Under the pieces are notes generated by a model. It worked only from the letters and a program-made list of their open reading frames with translations, searched no databases and was not told the DNA's origin. From positions 1 to 56,130 of the forward strand of contig DPKG01000001.1 of NCBI GenBank assembly GCA_003542615.1: a DNA stretch of 56,130 bases, read 5' to 3'. This DNA is from Candidatus Shapirobacteria bacterium. Its GTDB lineage: Bacteria > Patescibacteriota > Microgenomatia > UBA12405. The position numbers and the translations under genes are program-made. Of the stretch, positions 1-11,200 are shown one piece after another. Every line of letters begins with the position of its first letter. The first letter of the stretch is position 1.

Positions 1-731
1 CCATCCTCCCTCATTCTCTCCAACACATGCGCCGCCCTTTCAGAATAAGCTTGAGGAGTTCCCGAAAACGGTGAATATACATTTGGTCTTTGCGGAATTC
101 CCGCCAAAATTACACTTTCTACCAAATCCAAATCTTTTACTTTTTTATCAAAATATTGTTCTGAAGCCGTCCCTACTCCCCAAAAAGGTCCACCATATGG
201 CGACTCATTCAAATACATCAACAAAATTTCGTCTTTACTGTATTTTTTCTCAATCTGGACCGCCAAAATAAATTCCTTTATCTTCCTGGTTATCGTCCTG
301 TCCGAAGTCAATAATACATTTTTTACCAATTGTTGAGTCAGGGTAGAGCCTCCCGTAAGCCTATGTAGCACAAAAACGTTTTTTATGATTCTGAAAGGCG
401 CTAAAGGGTCAAATCCTTGATGTTTATAGAAATCTTTATCCTCGACTGCAACCACTGCTTCTCTTAGATATTTGGGAATATCATCTATCGATTCCACCGG
501 AGTTCTCTTTGAATCTTTATAGACATCATAAAGCAACTCGCCATTTCGGTCATAAATTCTACTTGCATAACCTTCTCTTCGGACCACCTTTGAAGGCGTT
601 GGTAAATCTTTAGAAAACCAGGCAAAAACAATAAATGACCCCAAAAATCCAACAATTGTTAACCCGAAAAAAGCCAAAACAAACCAATATGCCAGCCTTT
701 TTTTATTCAATTTTATCCCTTTTTTCCGCAT
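1..731 (-). CDS. Class A penicillin-binding protein: N-terminal TM anchor plus GT51 transglycosylase part (partial; 3' end lies beyond the window start)
   Basis: Absent from the ORF track because it runs off the edge. My reverse-strand translation from ATG 729-731 gives MRKKGIKLNKKRLAYWFVLAFFGLTIVGF. It continues with AVEDKDFYKHQGFDP, RLTGGSTLTQQLVKN and RKIKEFILAVQIEKKYSKDEILLMYLN, which are canonical GT51 motifs. Confidence 0.8.
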   Translation of the reverse strand, partial: MRKKGIKLNKKRLAYWFVLAFFGLTIVGFLGSFIVFAWFSKDLPTPSKVVRREGYASRIYDRNGELLYDVYKDSKRTPVESIDDIPKYLREAVVAVEDKDFYKHQGFDPLAPFRIIKNVFVLHRLTGGSTLTQQLVKNVLLTSDRTITRKIKEFILAVQIEKKYSKDEILLMYLNESPYGGPFWGVGTASEQYFDKKVKDLDLVESVILAGIPQRPNVYSPFSGTPQAYSERAAHVLERMRED

Positions 732-811
732 ATATTCAGATAAATTCCATTTTAACTGCTCGCATCTTTTTTTAAAACGAAAATAAAACAATTTTAATTT
801 TCTCTTCATCT

Positions 812-928
812 TCAAAAAGCAACGCTCAAAAAAGGAACGATGCTCGATAATAACAAAGCTACTGTCGCCAAAATCAAAACCATCTTCGTAACCGACTTCG
901 AATTAATCTTCTTTCCCAAAATTTTCAT
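812..928 (-). CDS. Possible 38-aa small membrane protein (MKILGKKINSKSVTKMVLILATVALLLSSIVPFLSVAF)
   Basis: Hand-translated ORF below the track length cutoff. It has one hydrophobic helix and sits upstream of the PBP gene on the same strand. No other support. Confidence 0.2.
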   Translation of the reverse strand: MKILGKKINSKSVTKMVLILATVALLLSSIVPFLSVAF

Positions 929-951
929 AAACTATAATAACATATCTGACT

Positions 952-2982
952 ATGCAACCATCAATTTTTAAGCTACCGGGAATCGGTCCAAAAACTTCCC
1001 AAAAATTGGCCAAACTGGGAATTTTTACCGATATTGACTTACTTAATCACATCCCCACCAGATACATAGATTTCTCACATACTACCACCATTTCTACTGC
1101 TGATCTAAACCAGAACCTCACAATTACCGGCAAAATTAACTCATTTAACAATATCTATACCCGATACGGTAAAAATATTCAGAAAGCCATAGTTTCCGAT
1201 ACCACCGGCAAAATTTCTTTAATTTGGTTTAACCAACCTTATTTAGCCCAATCATTAAAAGTAGGGGATACTTACAAATTCGCCGGTAAAATAAGCGAAT
1301 ACCAAGGAGCCAAAACCATTATTGCTCCCCAATTTGGAGACCATAACACCGGAAAAATAATTCCCATTTATCCGGAAACTCATGGCCTAAGTTCCAAATG
1401 GTTCAGAAAAATTATCTCCCAAAATATTTCTCAACTGTTGCCACAAATCATCGAAAATTTACCAAATTCAATTATAAAAAAATATAAATTAATGCCTCTC
1501 GATCTTGCCTATTCTGAGGTTCATTTACCTACCAAAGAAAAATTACTCCAAAAAGCCCGCCAAAGACTAGCCATCCAGGAATTGCTTTCCCTTCAATCTT
1601 ACTCTTTAATCCAAAAACAAAAATGGTCCCTAAACCAACCTCTACATACTCTAAAAATTTCACCCTCCATTTCCCAAAAAATCAAAAAACTTATCGATTC
1701 TTTACCTTTCAAACTGACTACTTCTCAAGTTAAAGTCTGGCATCAAACCCTCAAAGATCTGGTTAATCCCGATACCCCGGGAAATCGTCTGATTCAGGGA
1801 GATGTCGGCTCCGGCAAAACTATTATTGCCCTTCTTGCCACTTATTTTACCTCCCTAAATAAATTTTTAACCATTTACCTGGCTCCCACCGAAATTCTGG
1901 CCAAACAACATTACCAAACCTTCAATTCAATTCTCACTAAGCATCCCCAAATTCGCATAAAACTTTTAACTTCCTCAAACAAAATCACCGACAAGGATTT
2001 AAAAAATACCGATATCTTAATTTGTACTCACGCCGTTTTGTTTCGTTCTTCAACATTAGCCCAAAAAATAGGCCTTCTTATCATTGACGAACAACATAAA
2101 TTTGGCGTTAAACAAAGATCACGTCTGACCGATCCGCTTCACCCTCCTCACACTATCACCATGACCGCCACCCCCATACCCCGCACCATTAGCCTGACTT
2201 ACTTAGGGAACTTATCTCTTTCCACCATCGATCAACTGCCATCAGGCAGACTGCCGGTCAAAACATTTCTGGTCCCGAATTCCAAAAAATCCCAATGTTA
2301 CCAATGGATCAAAACAGAAATCAAAAAAAATCATGTTCAGTCATACATTGTTTGTCCCTTTATTGAAGAATCCGACATCAATCTGGAAGTCAAAGCCGCC
2401 ACCCAGGAATTTGAATTTTTATCCCAAAACATATTTCCGGACTTAAAATTAGCCTTAATACACGGTAAAACTAAAAATAGTCAGGACCTTATCGAAAAAT
2501 TCAAAAACAAAAAAATCGATATCTTAGTCACCACTCCCATTATCGAAGTCGGAATCGACATTCCCAACAGCACCATCATGATCATTCAATCCGCCGAACG
2601 CTTTGGCTTGGCTCAACTTCACCAACTTCGGGGCCGTGTCGGCCGGGGATCTACTCAAAGTTATTGTTATCTTTTTACCCAATCAATCGATCCAAAAACT
2701 TTAAACCGTCTCAAATTTTTCCAACAACATCCCTCCGGTTCTGATATTGCCGAATACGATCTTTCTCTCCGTGGTCCCGGGGAAATTTTCTCCGAACTTC
2801 AACATGGCCATCCCTCTCTCAAACTGGCCGATCTCCAAAACAGTCAACTTATCGAAACCAGCCAACAAATTCTAAAAGATATCACCCGTCAAAATCCAAA
2901 ATTTAATTTATCTCAACTTCTCAACCCTCACTTAAGCAAGCAACTTAAAATTTCTTCCCTTACCTCACTGGCTCAAAATTAA
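952..2982 (+). CDS. recG: ATP-dependent DNA helicase RecG
   Basis: 676-aa ORF with helicase motifs GDVGSGKT, DEQHKFGV, TATPIPRT and QLHQLRGRVGRG, plus an N-terminal wedge/OB region. Confidence 0.92.
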   Translation: MQPSIFKLPGIGPKTSQKLAKLGIFTDIDLLNHIPTRYIDFSHTTTISTADLNQNLTITGKINSFNNIYTRYGKNIQKAIVSDTTGKISLIWFNQPYLAQSLKVGDTYKFAGKISEYQGAKTIIAPQFGDHNTGKIIPIYPETHGLSSKWFRKIISQNISQLLPQIIENLPNSIIKKYKLMPLDLAYSEVHLPTKEKLLQKARQRLAIQELLSLQSYSLIQKQKWSLNQPLHTLKISPSISQKIKKLIDSLPFKLTTSQVKVWHQTLKDLVNPDTPGNRLIQGDVGSGKTIIALLATYFTSLNKFLTIYLAPTEILAKQHYQTFNSILTKHPQIRIKLLTSSNKITDKDLKNTDILICTHAVLFRSSTLAQKIGLLIIDEQHKFGVKQRSRLTDPLHPPHTITMTATPIPRTISLTYLGNLSLSTIDQLPSGRLPVKTFLVPNSKKSQCYQWIKTEIKKNHVQSYIVCPFIEESDINLEVKAATQEFEFLSQNIFPDLKLALIHGKTKNSQDLIEKFKNKKIDILVTTPIIEVGIDIPNSTIMIIQSAERFGLAQLHQLRGRVGRGSTQSYCYLFTQSIDPKTLNRLKFFQQHPSGSDIAEYDLSLRGPGEIFSELQHGHPSLKLADLQNSQLIETSQQILKDITRQNPKFNLSQLLNPHLSKQLKISSLTSLAQN

Positions 2983-3039
2983 ATTCTCCCTCGATTATTT
3001 CGGCAAAATCTAACTCTTTTATATTCCAGCTTTATTTTA

Positions 3040-3045
3040 TATAAT
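3040..3045 (+). promoter_or_regulatory. TATAAT -10 box 7 nt upstream of the rpmF ATG (possible leaderless transcript)
   Basis: Perfect TATAAT at 3040-3045; ATG at 3053; no purine-rich SD in between. Confidence 0.35.
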
Positions 3046-3052
3046 ACTCTCC

Positions 3053-3208
3053 ATGACAGCACTACCAAAACATTGGCCTAGTAGCCGCCGACAAGGCAAA
3101 AGACGGGCTTCTCAAAAAAACAGCAAAACTTTGACCAAACCGGTTATCTGTAAACATTGCGGATTTTCCAAAAGGGCTGGTTTTCTATGTCCTAACTGCA
3201 AACAGTGA
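3053..3208 (+). CDS. rpmF: 50S ribosomal protein L32
   Basis: Hand-found 51-aa ORF below the track cutoff: MTALPKHWPSSRRQGKRRASQKNSKTLTKPVICKHCGFSKRAGFLCPNCKQ. It has a basic N-terminus and a CxxC...CxxC zinc ribbon typical of L32. The TGA stop overlaps the nusB GTG start (GTGA). Confidence 0.8.
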   Translation: MTALPKHWPSSRRQGKRRASQKNSKTLTKPVICKHCGFSKRAGFLCPNCKQ

Positions 3209-3582
3209 AAAGTAAATACGACCCACGCCATATCAGGCGCATCAAAAACATGCAGGCAATTTTTGCCTGGCAATTCGGAAATCCCAAACCCATAAGCCCG
3301 GACTCTCCTCAAATCATTACTAAAATCAAAAAAATTGACCAACTTATTAGCCAATACGCTCCAAAATGGCCTCTGGAAAAAATCAACAAAGTCGACCTGG
3401 CCATTCTTCGCATTGCTATTTGGGAAATTATCTCATTCCCCGATGTCCCTCAAAAAGTTATTATTGATGAGGCTGTCGAATTAGCCAAAGAGTTTGGATC
3501 CGATTCTTCAGCTTCTTTTATAAATGGAGTATTAGGTACAACCATCAACCAAAACTCAAAAAAAGAAAATGACCAACCCTAA
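3205..3582 (+). CDS. nusB: Transcription antitermination factor NusB
   Basis: 125-aa ORF. The C-terminal IIDEAVELAKEFGSDSSASFINGVLG is the NusB signature region. Confidence 0.85.
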   Translation: MKSKYDPRHIRRIKNMQAIFAWQFGNPKPISPDSPQIITKIKKIDQLISQYAPKWPLEKINKVDLAILRIAIWEIISFPDVPQKVIIDEAVELAKEFGSDSSASFINGVLGTTINQNSKKENDQP

Positions 3583-4303
3583 ACAAATTCTCCCCCTAAA
3601 AACCGAAAATTTAAAATTACCCAAACTGGAAAAATTACTGCATATCAAATTTCTTGATATCCAAAAACTTAATCAGTCTCTTATCCACCGTTCCTATCTC
3701 AACGAAAATAAAAATCTAAAACTAAATTCCAACGAAAGATATGAATTTTTAGGTGATGCCGTTCTTGAACTTTGGGCTTCAAATTATCTTTTCACCAGAT
3801 TTCCTGAATTTGATGAAGGCAATCTTACCAATTTAAGAGCTCTCTTAGTCTGCACCACCTGTTTAGCCCAAATTGCCAAAGATTTCGGTCTTGGCGACTA
3901 TATTTACCTAAGCAAAGGCGAAATCAACAACAATGGCCGTTTAAATCAATCAATTTTAGCCGACAGCTTTGAAAGTGTCGTTGGTGCCATTTATCTCGAT
4001 CAGGGTTGGCCTATGGTTGACAAATTTCTTTCACACTTCCTGATTAGCAAAGTCGACAGTCTGGCCAAACAACAAGTTTTTAAAGATGATAAAAGTCTTT
4101 TTCAGGAAATCGCCCAAGCCAAAAAGGGGATTACTCCTCACTACGTGACTCTTACAGAGTCCGGTCCCGACCACAAAAAAATTTTTCAAGTCGCGGTTTA
4201 TCTCGATTCCCAACTGATTGCCAAAGGCAAAGGTCTCTCCAAACAGTCTGCACAAGAAGATGCTTCACGAAAAGCTACCAAAATTCTGACAAATCAGTTA
4301 TAA
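3569..4303 (+). CDS. rnc: Ribonuclease III
   Basis: RNase III signature ERYEFLGDAVLE and a C-terminal dsRBD-like region (KKIFQVAVYLDSQLIAKGKGLSKQSAQEDASRKA). Confidence 0.92.
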   Translation: MTNPKQILPLKTENLKLPKLEKLLHIKFLDIQKLNQSLIHRSYLNENKNLKLNSNERYEFLGDAVLELWASNYLFTRFPEFDEGNLTNLRALLVCTTCLAQIAKDFGLGDYIYLSKGEINNNGRLNQSILADSFESVVGAIYLDQGWPMVDKFLSHFLISKVDSLAKQQVFKDDKSLFQEIAQAKKGITPHYVTLTESGPDHKKIFQVAVYLDSQLIAKGKGLSKQSAQEDASRKATKILTNQL

Positions 4304-4328
4304 TAACCAACTAATATCTTTTAAAACT

Positions 4329-4694
4329 ATGCTTAAAATAAAACTCTACCCTCGTGGTAAAAAACATCAGAGAACTTTTCGAATCGTTGTCGCCGAAAGA
4401 CGATCAAAATTTAACGGCAAATTTGTCGAAGATTTGGGATTTTGGACTCCCCAAACCAAAACCATCCAAATTGATCAGGCCAAACTTAAACAATGGCAGG
4501 TCAACGGCGCTCAGGTAACCATCGGCGTTGATAAATTAATTAATCCCGACAAATATCCCCGCCAGAAAAAAGCCAAAACCGAAACCAAAGAAATTAAACC
4601 AATTAAAGAAACAAAAGCCCCGCAAGCTCCCAAAGCTCCCGCTCAAACCGAAGTTTCTCAAGAACCTAAAACCGAAACTTCAACCGAAAAATAA
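4329..4694 (+). CDS. rpsP: 30S ribosomal protein S16 with a K/P/E/T-rich C-terminal tail
   Basis: MLKIKLYPRGKKHQRTFRIVVAERRSKFNGKFVEDLGFW matches the S16 N-terminus. Confidence 0.9.
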   Translation: MLKIKLYPRGKKHQRTFRIVVAERRSKFNGKFVEDLGFWTPQTKTIQIDQAKLKQWQVNGAQVTIGVDKLINPDKYPRQKKAKTETKEIKPIKETKAPQAPKAPAQTEVSQEPKTETSTEK

Positions 4695-4706
4695 TTATTA
4701 ATTTAT

Positions 4707-4731
4707 GTCATCCTGAACTCGTTTCAGGTTC
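4707..4731 (+). repeat. Hairpin repeat GTCATCCTGAA-N5-TTCAGGTTC (copy 1 of 3)
   Basis: gtcatcctgaactcgtttcaggttc, 13 nt after the rpsP stop. Related copies at 19199 and 49811. Confidence 0.6.
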
Positions 4732-4742
4732 TATACACCAAA

Positions 4743-4982
4743 ATGAATTCTATCGATCAAACCCTGGAATATATTGTTAAAGCTATTACCCCCGAAGCCG
4801 ATTCTGTTTCCGTCACCGGTTCTCAGGACGAAAATGAATGTTTCAATCTGACTGTCTCCGCACCTCAACAACTTGTAGGCCAAATTATCGGCAAAAACGG
4901 ACGTGTTATTAAATCCATTCGCACTCTTCTCGGTATTGCTCACCCCAACACTCACTTCCTAATTCAATTCCAGGAAACCTAA
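4743..4982 (+). CDS. KH-domain RNA-binding protein (YlqC/UPF0109-like)
   Basis: 79-aa ORF with a GxxG loop (VGQIIGKNGRVIKSIRTLL), in the conserved position after rpsP. Confidence 0.8.
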   Translation: MNSIDQTLEYIVKAITPEADSVSVTGSQDENECFNLTVSAPQQLVGQIIGKNGRVIKSIRTLLGIAHPNTHFLIQFQET

Positions 4983-4985
4983 TTT

Positions 4986-5765
4986 TTACAATTCAAACGG
5001 ATTTTCCCTGTCGTAATTCTTGAATTCTCCCGATTTTATCAATCCGCTATCTATTACCATTCCGGCCGTCTTATCATACTCGGACAAAGTTTTTACCAAA
5101 CTCATTTCATCCTGTGTTAAGGTCAAATCAGCCAAAGTCAATTTATCCAAATTTGACTCAAATTTATCCGCAACAAAATAAGTCTCTACTTCCAATTTAA
5201 TTTGCGCCACTTCTCCCACATTTTTTACCTCAAAATTACTTATCGACAAAATCGGCAAAGTTCTCTCCAACGCTTTAACTACATCAACATAACTGCTTTT
5301 GGGACCCAACAAAGTCAACTCTACCGGGATATTTGTCAAACCAAATTTATTATTGACTGTCTGAGACGTCTCGGCAACTTCCTCAGTTTCTGCCTCAACT
5401 TCTCCCGGTGTGATGGAAAAAGCATCAATTCTGAAACCTTTCTGCTCCACCACATTACGCACTACATTTACCAAATAATAGGCATCCTTATTTTTTAGTA
5501 AAGATAAATTTAAATATTCCGCATTAGCTTCAACTTCGTCCTGATTTAAATTCATCAAATAATTCCTTTTTTCTTCGAGATTTTTTATCTGAATATTCTT
5601 TTGTTTGATTTGATTGTTGGTTGAAGTTAATTGATTAAATGAGGGAATCACTACAAAAATCAAACTGATTATCGCCAAAACCAAAATACTCAAAGGTAAA
5701 ACTATCATTTTTACCTGCCAAGACTCCAATCCAAAAACTTTGTCTGACTTTACTTCTATTTTCAT
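4986..5765 (-). CDS. pilO: Type IV pilus assembly protein PilO-like (N-terminal TM helix plus coiled coil)
   Basis: Position after pilM-pilN; TM segment VKMIVLPLSILVLAIISLIFVVIP followed by a coiled coil. I prefer the internal ATG at 5765 (MKIEVKSD...) because it forms an ATGA overlap with the pilN stop. The track start is 5795. Confidence 0.6.
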   Translation of the reverse strand: MKIEVKSDKVFGLESWQVKMIVLPLSILVLAIISLIFVVIPSFNQLTSTNNQIKQKNIQIKNLEEKRNYLMNLNQDEVEANAEYLNLSLLKNKDAYYLVNVVRNVVEQKGFRIDAFSITPGEVEAETEEVAETSQTVNNKFGLTNIPVELTLLGPKSSYVDVVKALERTLPILSISNFEVKNVGEVAQIKLEVETYFVADKFESNLDKLTLADLTLTQDEMSLVKTLSEYDKTAGMVIDSGLIKSGEFKNYDRENPFEL

Positions 5766-6304
5766 TTCAGTTTTACCTCCATCGTAAAATTCCAAGCATT
5801 ACTATCATAAGCCAAAGAACTTAGTTCAGCCGACCCAAAAGTCTCATCGGATCCTGAATTTATTTCTTCAATTTTATCTTCAACAATGTCCATAGTTGTC
5901 AATCCCAAAGCTATAGCTTGAATCGAAATACTGCCTGTTTCCACCAAATCATAATTTGTAATCGATATCTCCGGACCAAATAAACCCGCAATAGCGTCAA
6001 AAGCCTCTCCGTATTCAAACCGGTTATTTAAAATATTTCCCACAATTTTTGATTTATATTTAATCTGCTGAGTCAGAACCACATCTTTGGCAAAATTATC
6101 CATATCTAGTAAAATTCCTCGATATTTTTTATCCAACACATTAAAACGGGCTTTGTTAACAAAACTTAAACCAAAAATTAACACCACCATCAATACCCAA
6201 ACCCCTACAAATACCTCTACCGCCAATATAATTTGACTTTTAAATTTCAGCCTTTGCGCCTGAAATTTAGCTACATTTGGCAACAAATTTAAATCATTTG
6301 TCAT
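5762..6304 (-). CDS. pilN: Type IV pilus assembly protein PilN-like
   Basis: The N-terminus NLLPNVAKFQAQRLKFKSQIILAVEVFVGVWVLMVVLIFGL is the typical PilN (LLP ... TM) architecture. It directly follows pilM. Confidence 0.7.
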   Translation of the reverse strand: MTNDLNLLPNVAKFQAQRLKFKSQIILAVEVFVGVWVLMVVLIFGLSFVNKARFNVLDKKYRGILLDMDNFAKDVVLTQQIKYKSKIVGNILNNRFEYGEAFDAIAGLFGPEISITNYDLVETGSISIQAIALGLTTMDIVEDKIEEINSGSDETFGSAELSSLAYDSNAWNFTMEVKLK

Positions 6305-7331
6305 CTTCCAGACCTCTCATCGCCAACCCCGCCGCCAAACTAAAACGGCATCCGTCAGCGTTAATATTTATCGGCAACACCACTTTTTTAGTATCAATTT
6401 TTAAAAACGGTTGAATCACCTGAACCTCTATACCCAAAACTTTTGCCAATTCTTCGGTCAAACCAGGCATATTGGCCCCGCCGCCGCTAAGCACCAGCAA
6501 CTCAATTGATTTATTCAATTCCTCTCTATAAGAAACAATTGCCTTCCGAAGCTCTTCTGCCATACTGACAAAAACCGGCTGAATTGCCTGCCGAATTTTA
6601 CCCTCCAACTGCATTTCTTTCATACCATAAGCCTTTTTGTACTCTTCCGCCGAAGACATATCCAAACCCAAATTTATCGAAATAGCCCTAGTCAAAGATT
6701 CTCCTCCCACCGACATTGACCGGGTAAAATAAACTTTTTTATTATTTAAACTGACAACATCCGAGTATTTTTCCCCCATATCTACCAGCATTACGGAATT
6801 TACCGCTTCAACACTATGGTTAATCACTCTTTTCATTGCCACTGCCGGCGATTCTAAAGCTGCCAAATCCATTCCCAAACTTTTAAACAATTTTACATAC
6901 AATTGAATCGTTTCATTTTTGGCCGCAATCGCAAACACCGACAATCTCCCGGCATTATCTTTCTCCACTACCTCATAATCAATCGACACCTGATCCAAAG
7001 GATAAGGTACAAAAGTCTCCGCTTCAAATTTTAAAGCATCTATTATTTCATTGTCTTTCAAAGGCGGCAGACGAATCAACCGACTGATCACCTCATCTTC
7101 CGGCAGGGAAGCCACAATCTGTTTGGGTTTGGCTTTTAAATCATTAAACAACAATTTAACACTTGATGCTACTTCTGACCAATCTTTAGACTTAATTCCA
7201 TTTTTGATCCATTCCGGAGCCGGGTTTTTGACTTCACCAATTGCATCCAAAAACACACCGTTACCCGATTTGGACAGGGAGACTGTTTTAATGCTACCCA
7301 CTCCGACATCTATACCAAATAAATCACTCAT
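6294..7331 (-). CDS. pilM: Type IV pilus assembly ATPase-fold protein PilM
   Basis: 345 aa with an actin/HSP70-like fold pattern: FGIDVGVGSIKTV ..., VDMGEKYSDV, LSGGGANMPGL. Confidence 0.85.
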   Translation of the reverse strand: MSDLFGIDVGVGSIKTVSLSKSGNGVFLDAIGEVKNPAPEWIKNGIKSKDWSEVASSVKLLFNDLKAKPKQIVASLPEDEVISRLIRLPPLKDNEIIDALKFEAETFVPYPLDQVSIDYEVVEKDNAGRLSVFAIAAKNETIQLYVKLFKSLGMDLAALESPAVAMKRVINHSVEAVNSVMLVDMGEKYSDVVSLNNKKVYFTRSMSVGGESLTRAISINLGLDMSSAEEYKKAYGMKEMQLEGKIRQAIQPVFVSMAEELRKAIVSYREELNKSIELLVLSGGGANMPGLTEELAKVLGIEVQVIQPFLKIDTKKVVLPININADGCRFSLAAGLAMRGLEDDK

Positions 7332-7374
7332 GATTACAGTATAAACAAATTTCCGTCATTAACAAACACGAATT

Positions 7375-8217
7375 TTATTCACTGGTAATGTCTCCCGATT
7401 CCGAAGTTAACCCCTCAAAAAATATATCCGGAAAATCAAAAGTATCCATCACCCGAACCGTCCTTCTTACCCCGGTATTTTCATCTCCTACTATTCCTTT
7501 TGAGGCAATTTCTTTTCCCTGAGACGGTATTGACACACCACTACCAACCCGCAACATCACTCTGGTCGATCCAAAATAGGGAACCACAGACACTAGCAGT
7601 GGTGTATTATCAGTATAAACACCACCCCTGTTGTAAGTAGCTACCGTCTTGTACCCAGTCACACAGCTATTATTTGCCGGCGAAATACTGGCAAAACCGG
7701 AAATAATATTCGCACCCAAATTCGCTCCGGTTCTGCCTACTCCCACTGTCCCCAAAGCTCCCGACGTCTGACTATAAAAATAGTCCACCCCCACCGAACC
7801 GGTAAAAGCATTCTCCACACAAATATAAAAGACCGTTCCATCATAATTTGACGTGTCACTATAGTTTACATTTCCGTTACTATCGTGTGCCACCAACCAA
7901 AAATTAAATCTTTTATTTTGCGGCACCGAAGTTGTCGACACCAAAGTATTTCCGGTACCCACAATTTCTCTGGTCGAAATAAAGGCTTTTGAATCACTGT
8001 CAGACGCTTGATACTCAGTACTACCCGTACCCAAATAATAATCAATTCCCGACTCTGCCGTATTAAATGCCTGTTTTAAAGATTCCTCATCAGTATCAAT
8101 TTTAGTCTCAGTTACAATTCTTTTTGACGCTGACAATCCCAAAGTCAATGCCACCGCCGTCACCAAAAGCATTATCAAGGCAATTTGACCTTTTTGATTT
8201 TTTACTTTTATATTCAT
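7375..8217 (-). CDS. PilX-N-like pilus-associated protein (hydrophobic N-terminal helix, no Glu5)
   Basis: The N-terminus KNQKGQIALIMLLVTAVALTLGLSASKRIVTETKIDTDEE resembles the PilX N-terminal domain. It sits between the 1083-aa protein and pilM. Confidence 0.5.
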   Translation of the reverse strand: MNIKVKNQKGQIALIMLLVTAVALTLGLSASKRIVTETKIDTDEESLKQAFNTAESGIDYYLGTGSTEYQASDSDSKAFISTREIVGTGNTLVSTTSVPQNKRFNFWLVAHDSNGNVNYSDTSNYDGTVFYICVENAFTGSVGVDYFYSQTSGALGTVGVGRTGANLGANIISGFASISPANNSCVTGYKTVATYNRGGVYTDNTPLLVSVVPYFGSTRVMLRVGSGVSIPSQGKEIASKGIVGDENTGVRRTVRVMDTFDFPDIFFEGLTSESGDITSE

Positions 8218-8221
8218 ATTT

Positions 8222-11200
8222 TTAATTTGCCGTCACCTTCCATTCGGAAATTCCCCGACTTAGTCTCGGCGGCATAGTAAATAATAAATCTCCTTTATAT
8301 CTAATCAAAACCCCCGGATTTAAGTTGTTATTTGAAACAGTCGCAAAACCCCGATTTAAAGTCGCTCCTGAATTTGCCGACACCAATCCATTAATTACTA
8401 ATTGAGTGTTGTTTGATGTTGCCAGTGAGGTAATAAAACTGCCATCAGCCACAAATATTCCGGTCATTGTATTTACATTTTGAGCCACCGTAATATTGCC
8501 GTTCACCACCACCATCAAAAATCCACCCAACGTCAAGCTCTGATCCGCACCTACTGTCAAATTCCCGTTTACAAATACCAAACCCGTCCCGCCCACATTA
8601 CTGTTTGACAAAATTGTTTGTAAAGTCTGATTTCCATTAAAAGTCACTCCCACTCCCAATTTTGAAAAATATTCCTGATAAAAATATTCATAGTCATAAC
8701 TATCGTTTATCAAATTTGATTCTCTATTCATATTTTTCGGTAATCCAATACTACAATCACTGCATCCTGAATTATTATCAATTGCCGGTGCCGCCACCAA
8801 TCCGTTATTACTTTCACCATAATTTATGCTCATCGCCGCCAACGCCGGACTATTTAAATAATAAGTAATTGGTACATTATCAGTTATACTAACGCCTGAT
8901 TTTATTCCGGCACCTGCTACCTGAAACCAAGGTTCCTGATTCCTCAAAAATGAAAAATCTACCCTAAGTGAAGGGGTAGTTGAGTATGGAGTGACTATAT
9001 AAGGATTTGTCCTACCAACATTAAGTGTTGTATAACATGTAGTTGCTCCCAACCCAATATTACCCAAATCAATTGCCCTCATCACCTGATTGGTTCCGTT
9101 AATTTCCCCAAAATCCCTAAGATACGTACTTCCCCATATCAGACTATTCGCTCCGCTACTATAAGTTGCCGGTTGTGTTACTGTCATTACTTTATTTACT
9201 GAGGATGTATAAGTTAAAGAGGTAAACCCTAATTCTGCCGGCGCCGTAACATTAAAACCAGTATTCGGACAAACTGCTCCTCCCAAAGAACTGGTACTAT
9301 CATAAACCGTACCAACTACCGGCACCTGACAATTCCAAACCTTCAAATACCTATTACTATTTATCCATCCGCTACTGGCATTTGCTATATCCGTCACCCC
9401 CACCCGCAATTGATTCAAAGCCGTACTCGCATAATTATCATAAAAAATAATCGGAAATACCACTGATCTGGTAGTTCCACTAACCGCGGAAACGGTAACC
9501 GGTCCAAAATATCCTACCCCTGTTCCAGATATAGTTGACGAATTTGTTGCTCCCAAATTTACCGTAGCTGTCATCACTCCCATGTTAATACTGATTGTTC
9601 TGATATCACCGCCGCCATCCGGATCGGTTGCTGTTACTCCTATCCCAACTATCCTATTCCCCAAAAATCGGCTATCACAAATCTGATTCCCCGAATATCC
9701 CGTTCCTGTATTCTCAATCCTTACCAAAGTATGGTCACTATTGGCCAAAGTTAAATTTGCCCCCGGCGGAGAGTTGACAAAAGTCGGCGAAGCATTAAAT
9801 CTGAAATAACGATTCGGAGAAATTGGACTTCCTACAGAAGGATTGTAAGCCAAACAAGTATTGTTGTATGCGTAAACATTCCAATAATAAACTGTGCCTC
9901 CCACCCCCACAAAAGTACCTCCGGTTGAGCCTATTCCCACTACTGTTGTCCCGGCCAAAATTGCATTATTCGCCGCATTAAAAATTCTGTAATGATAACC
10001 ATCCGTCAAACCGTCTGTATTGGCCGTCCATCTCAAACTAGCCGTATTCAAATGAGGAATTATTGTCGGATTCGTTGATGTCCCCAAAGGATACACCTGT
10101 ACAGGCGTTGGTGGAGTACCATTATCCGCCGAAGAACAAGTTCCACATGTCGATGCCTGACCACACGCCGGTACACAGGCACCTGCCGGATTAACACAGA
10201 CAAACGCATTGTCTCCTCCTGTTGAATTAGCCGTTCCGGAACAATTTTTCCAATCAGCACATGAACTGGCCCCACCGTTAAAATCACACAATGGATTTCC
10301 GCTGCACTTTACTAAATTTCCATTCAAATCAGCGTTTAAATCACACCAAAAATTATAATTTCCCGTCGATCCAATTGACATAGATGCCGTTACCGAAGTA
10401 CTGGCCGCATTAGTCGAAGTCCGATTTAAACTTCCATAATTATAGATATATAAAGGATTATAATCATACATAGTAGTCCCCGGACTGAGCACAGTTGCGT
10501 AATTACTAATTGCCGTAAAATTATTTCTCGACACCCATAAACGGGTAGTATCTCCCCCGGCATTGATATGGGCGTTACCTGTTGTCGTCACCCTAAAAGT
10601 TTGCCCGATTCCAACTACCGACATATTAGAACTGACACTGCATTGTTTTGGAGCATAAGTATATCCGGTATTGGGAAAACACTGATTATTTACCGTCCCG
10701 CATCCATCCATATAAACATTGACATTAACAAACCCTCCCTGGGCATGAGTAGCCGCATTTATTGTCGCCTGCCACGTACCGCCTCCCAAATTTACTCCTT
10801 CGTACCAAACAATGTCATCCTGACCTCCAACCGTGGACCAAGTTGGAAACCTAACTCTGGTCGCCGATACTCCTACCCCAAGTGCCCGTACCCAAATTGT
10901 ACCCGTATTTTGGGGAGTTTCTACAAATTCTATCGACGTTCCGGTACAAGTCTGGGGAATATCCAATGTTCCATATGCCGTCCTCGTATCACCGCAAGGA
11001 CTTCCGGTTTGAGTAAACGGTTGGTCAGTACAAACTGTATTCGTAGCCGGAGCCCAAGAAGTATTTACACAACAAGCTTGCGTATTACAAGTTTGAGGCC
11101 AACTTGTACAACCATCGGTACAAGTCCGAGTCCCTCCCCCACAGCTCACCGAACACTCACCGCAAGTTGTCGCCACCGGATCACATACTGGCCAACTACA

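Noticed and set aside
71-271. 66-aa plus-strand ORF at the window start
   Set aside because: It lies entirely antisense to the clearly recognisable GT51 transglycosylase reading frame on the minus strand, so it is a shadow ORF.
3206-3208. Alternative genetic code (TGA recoded)
   Set aside because: TGA terminates rpmF, pilN, hisS and the 31719 ORF at lengths expected for their families. Standard-code ORFs give full-length homologs throughout.
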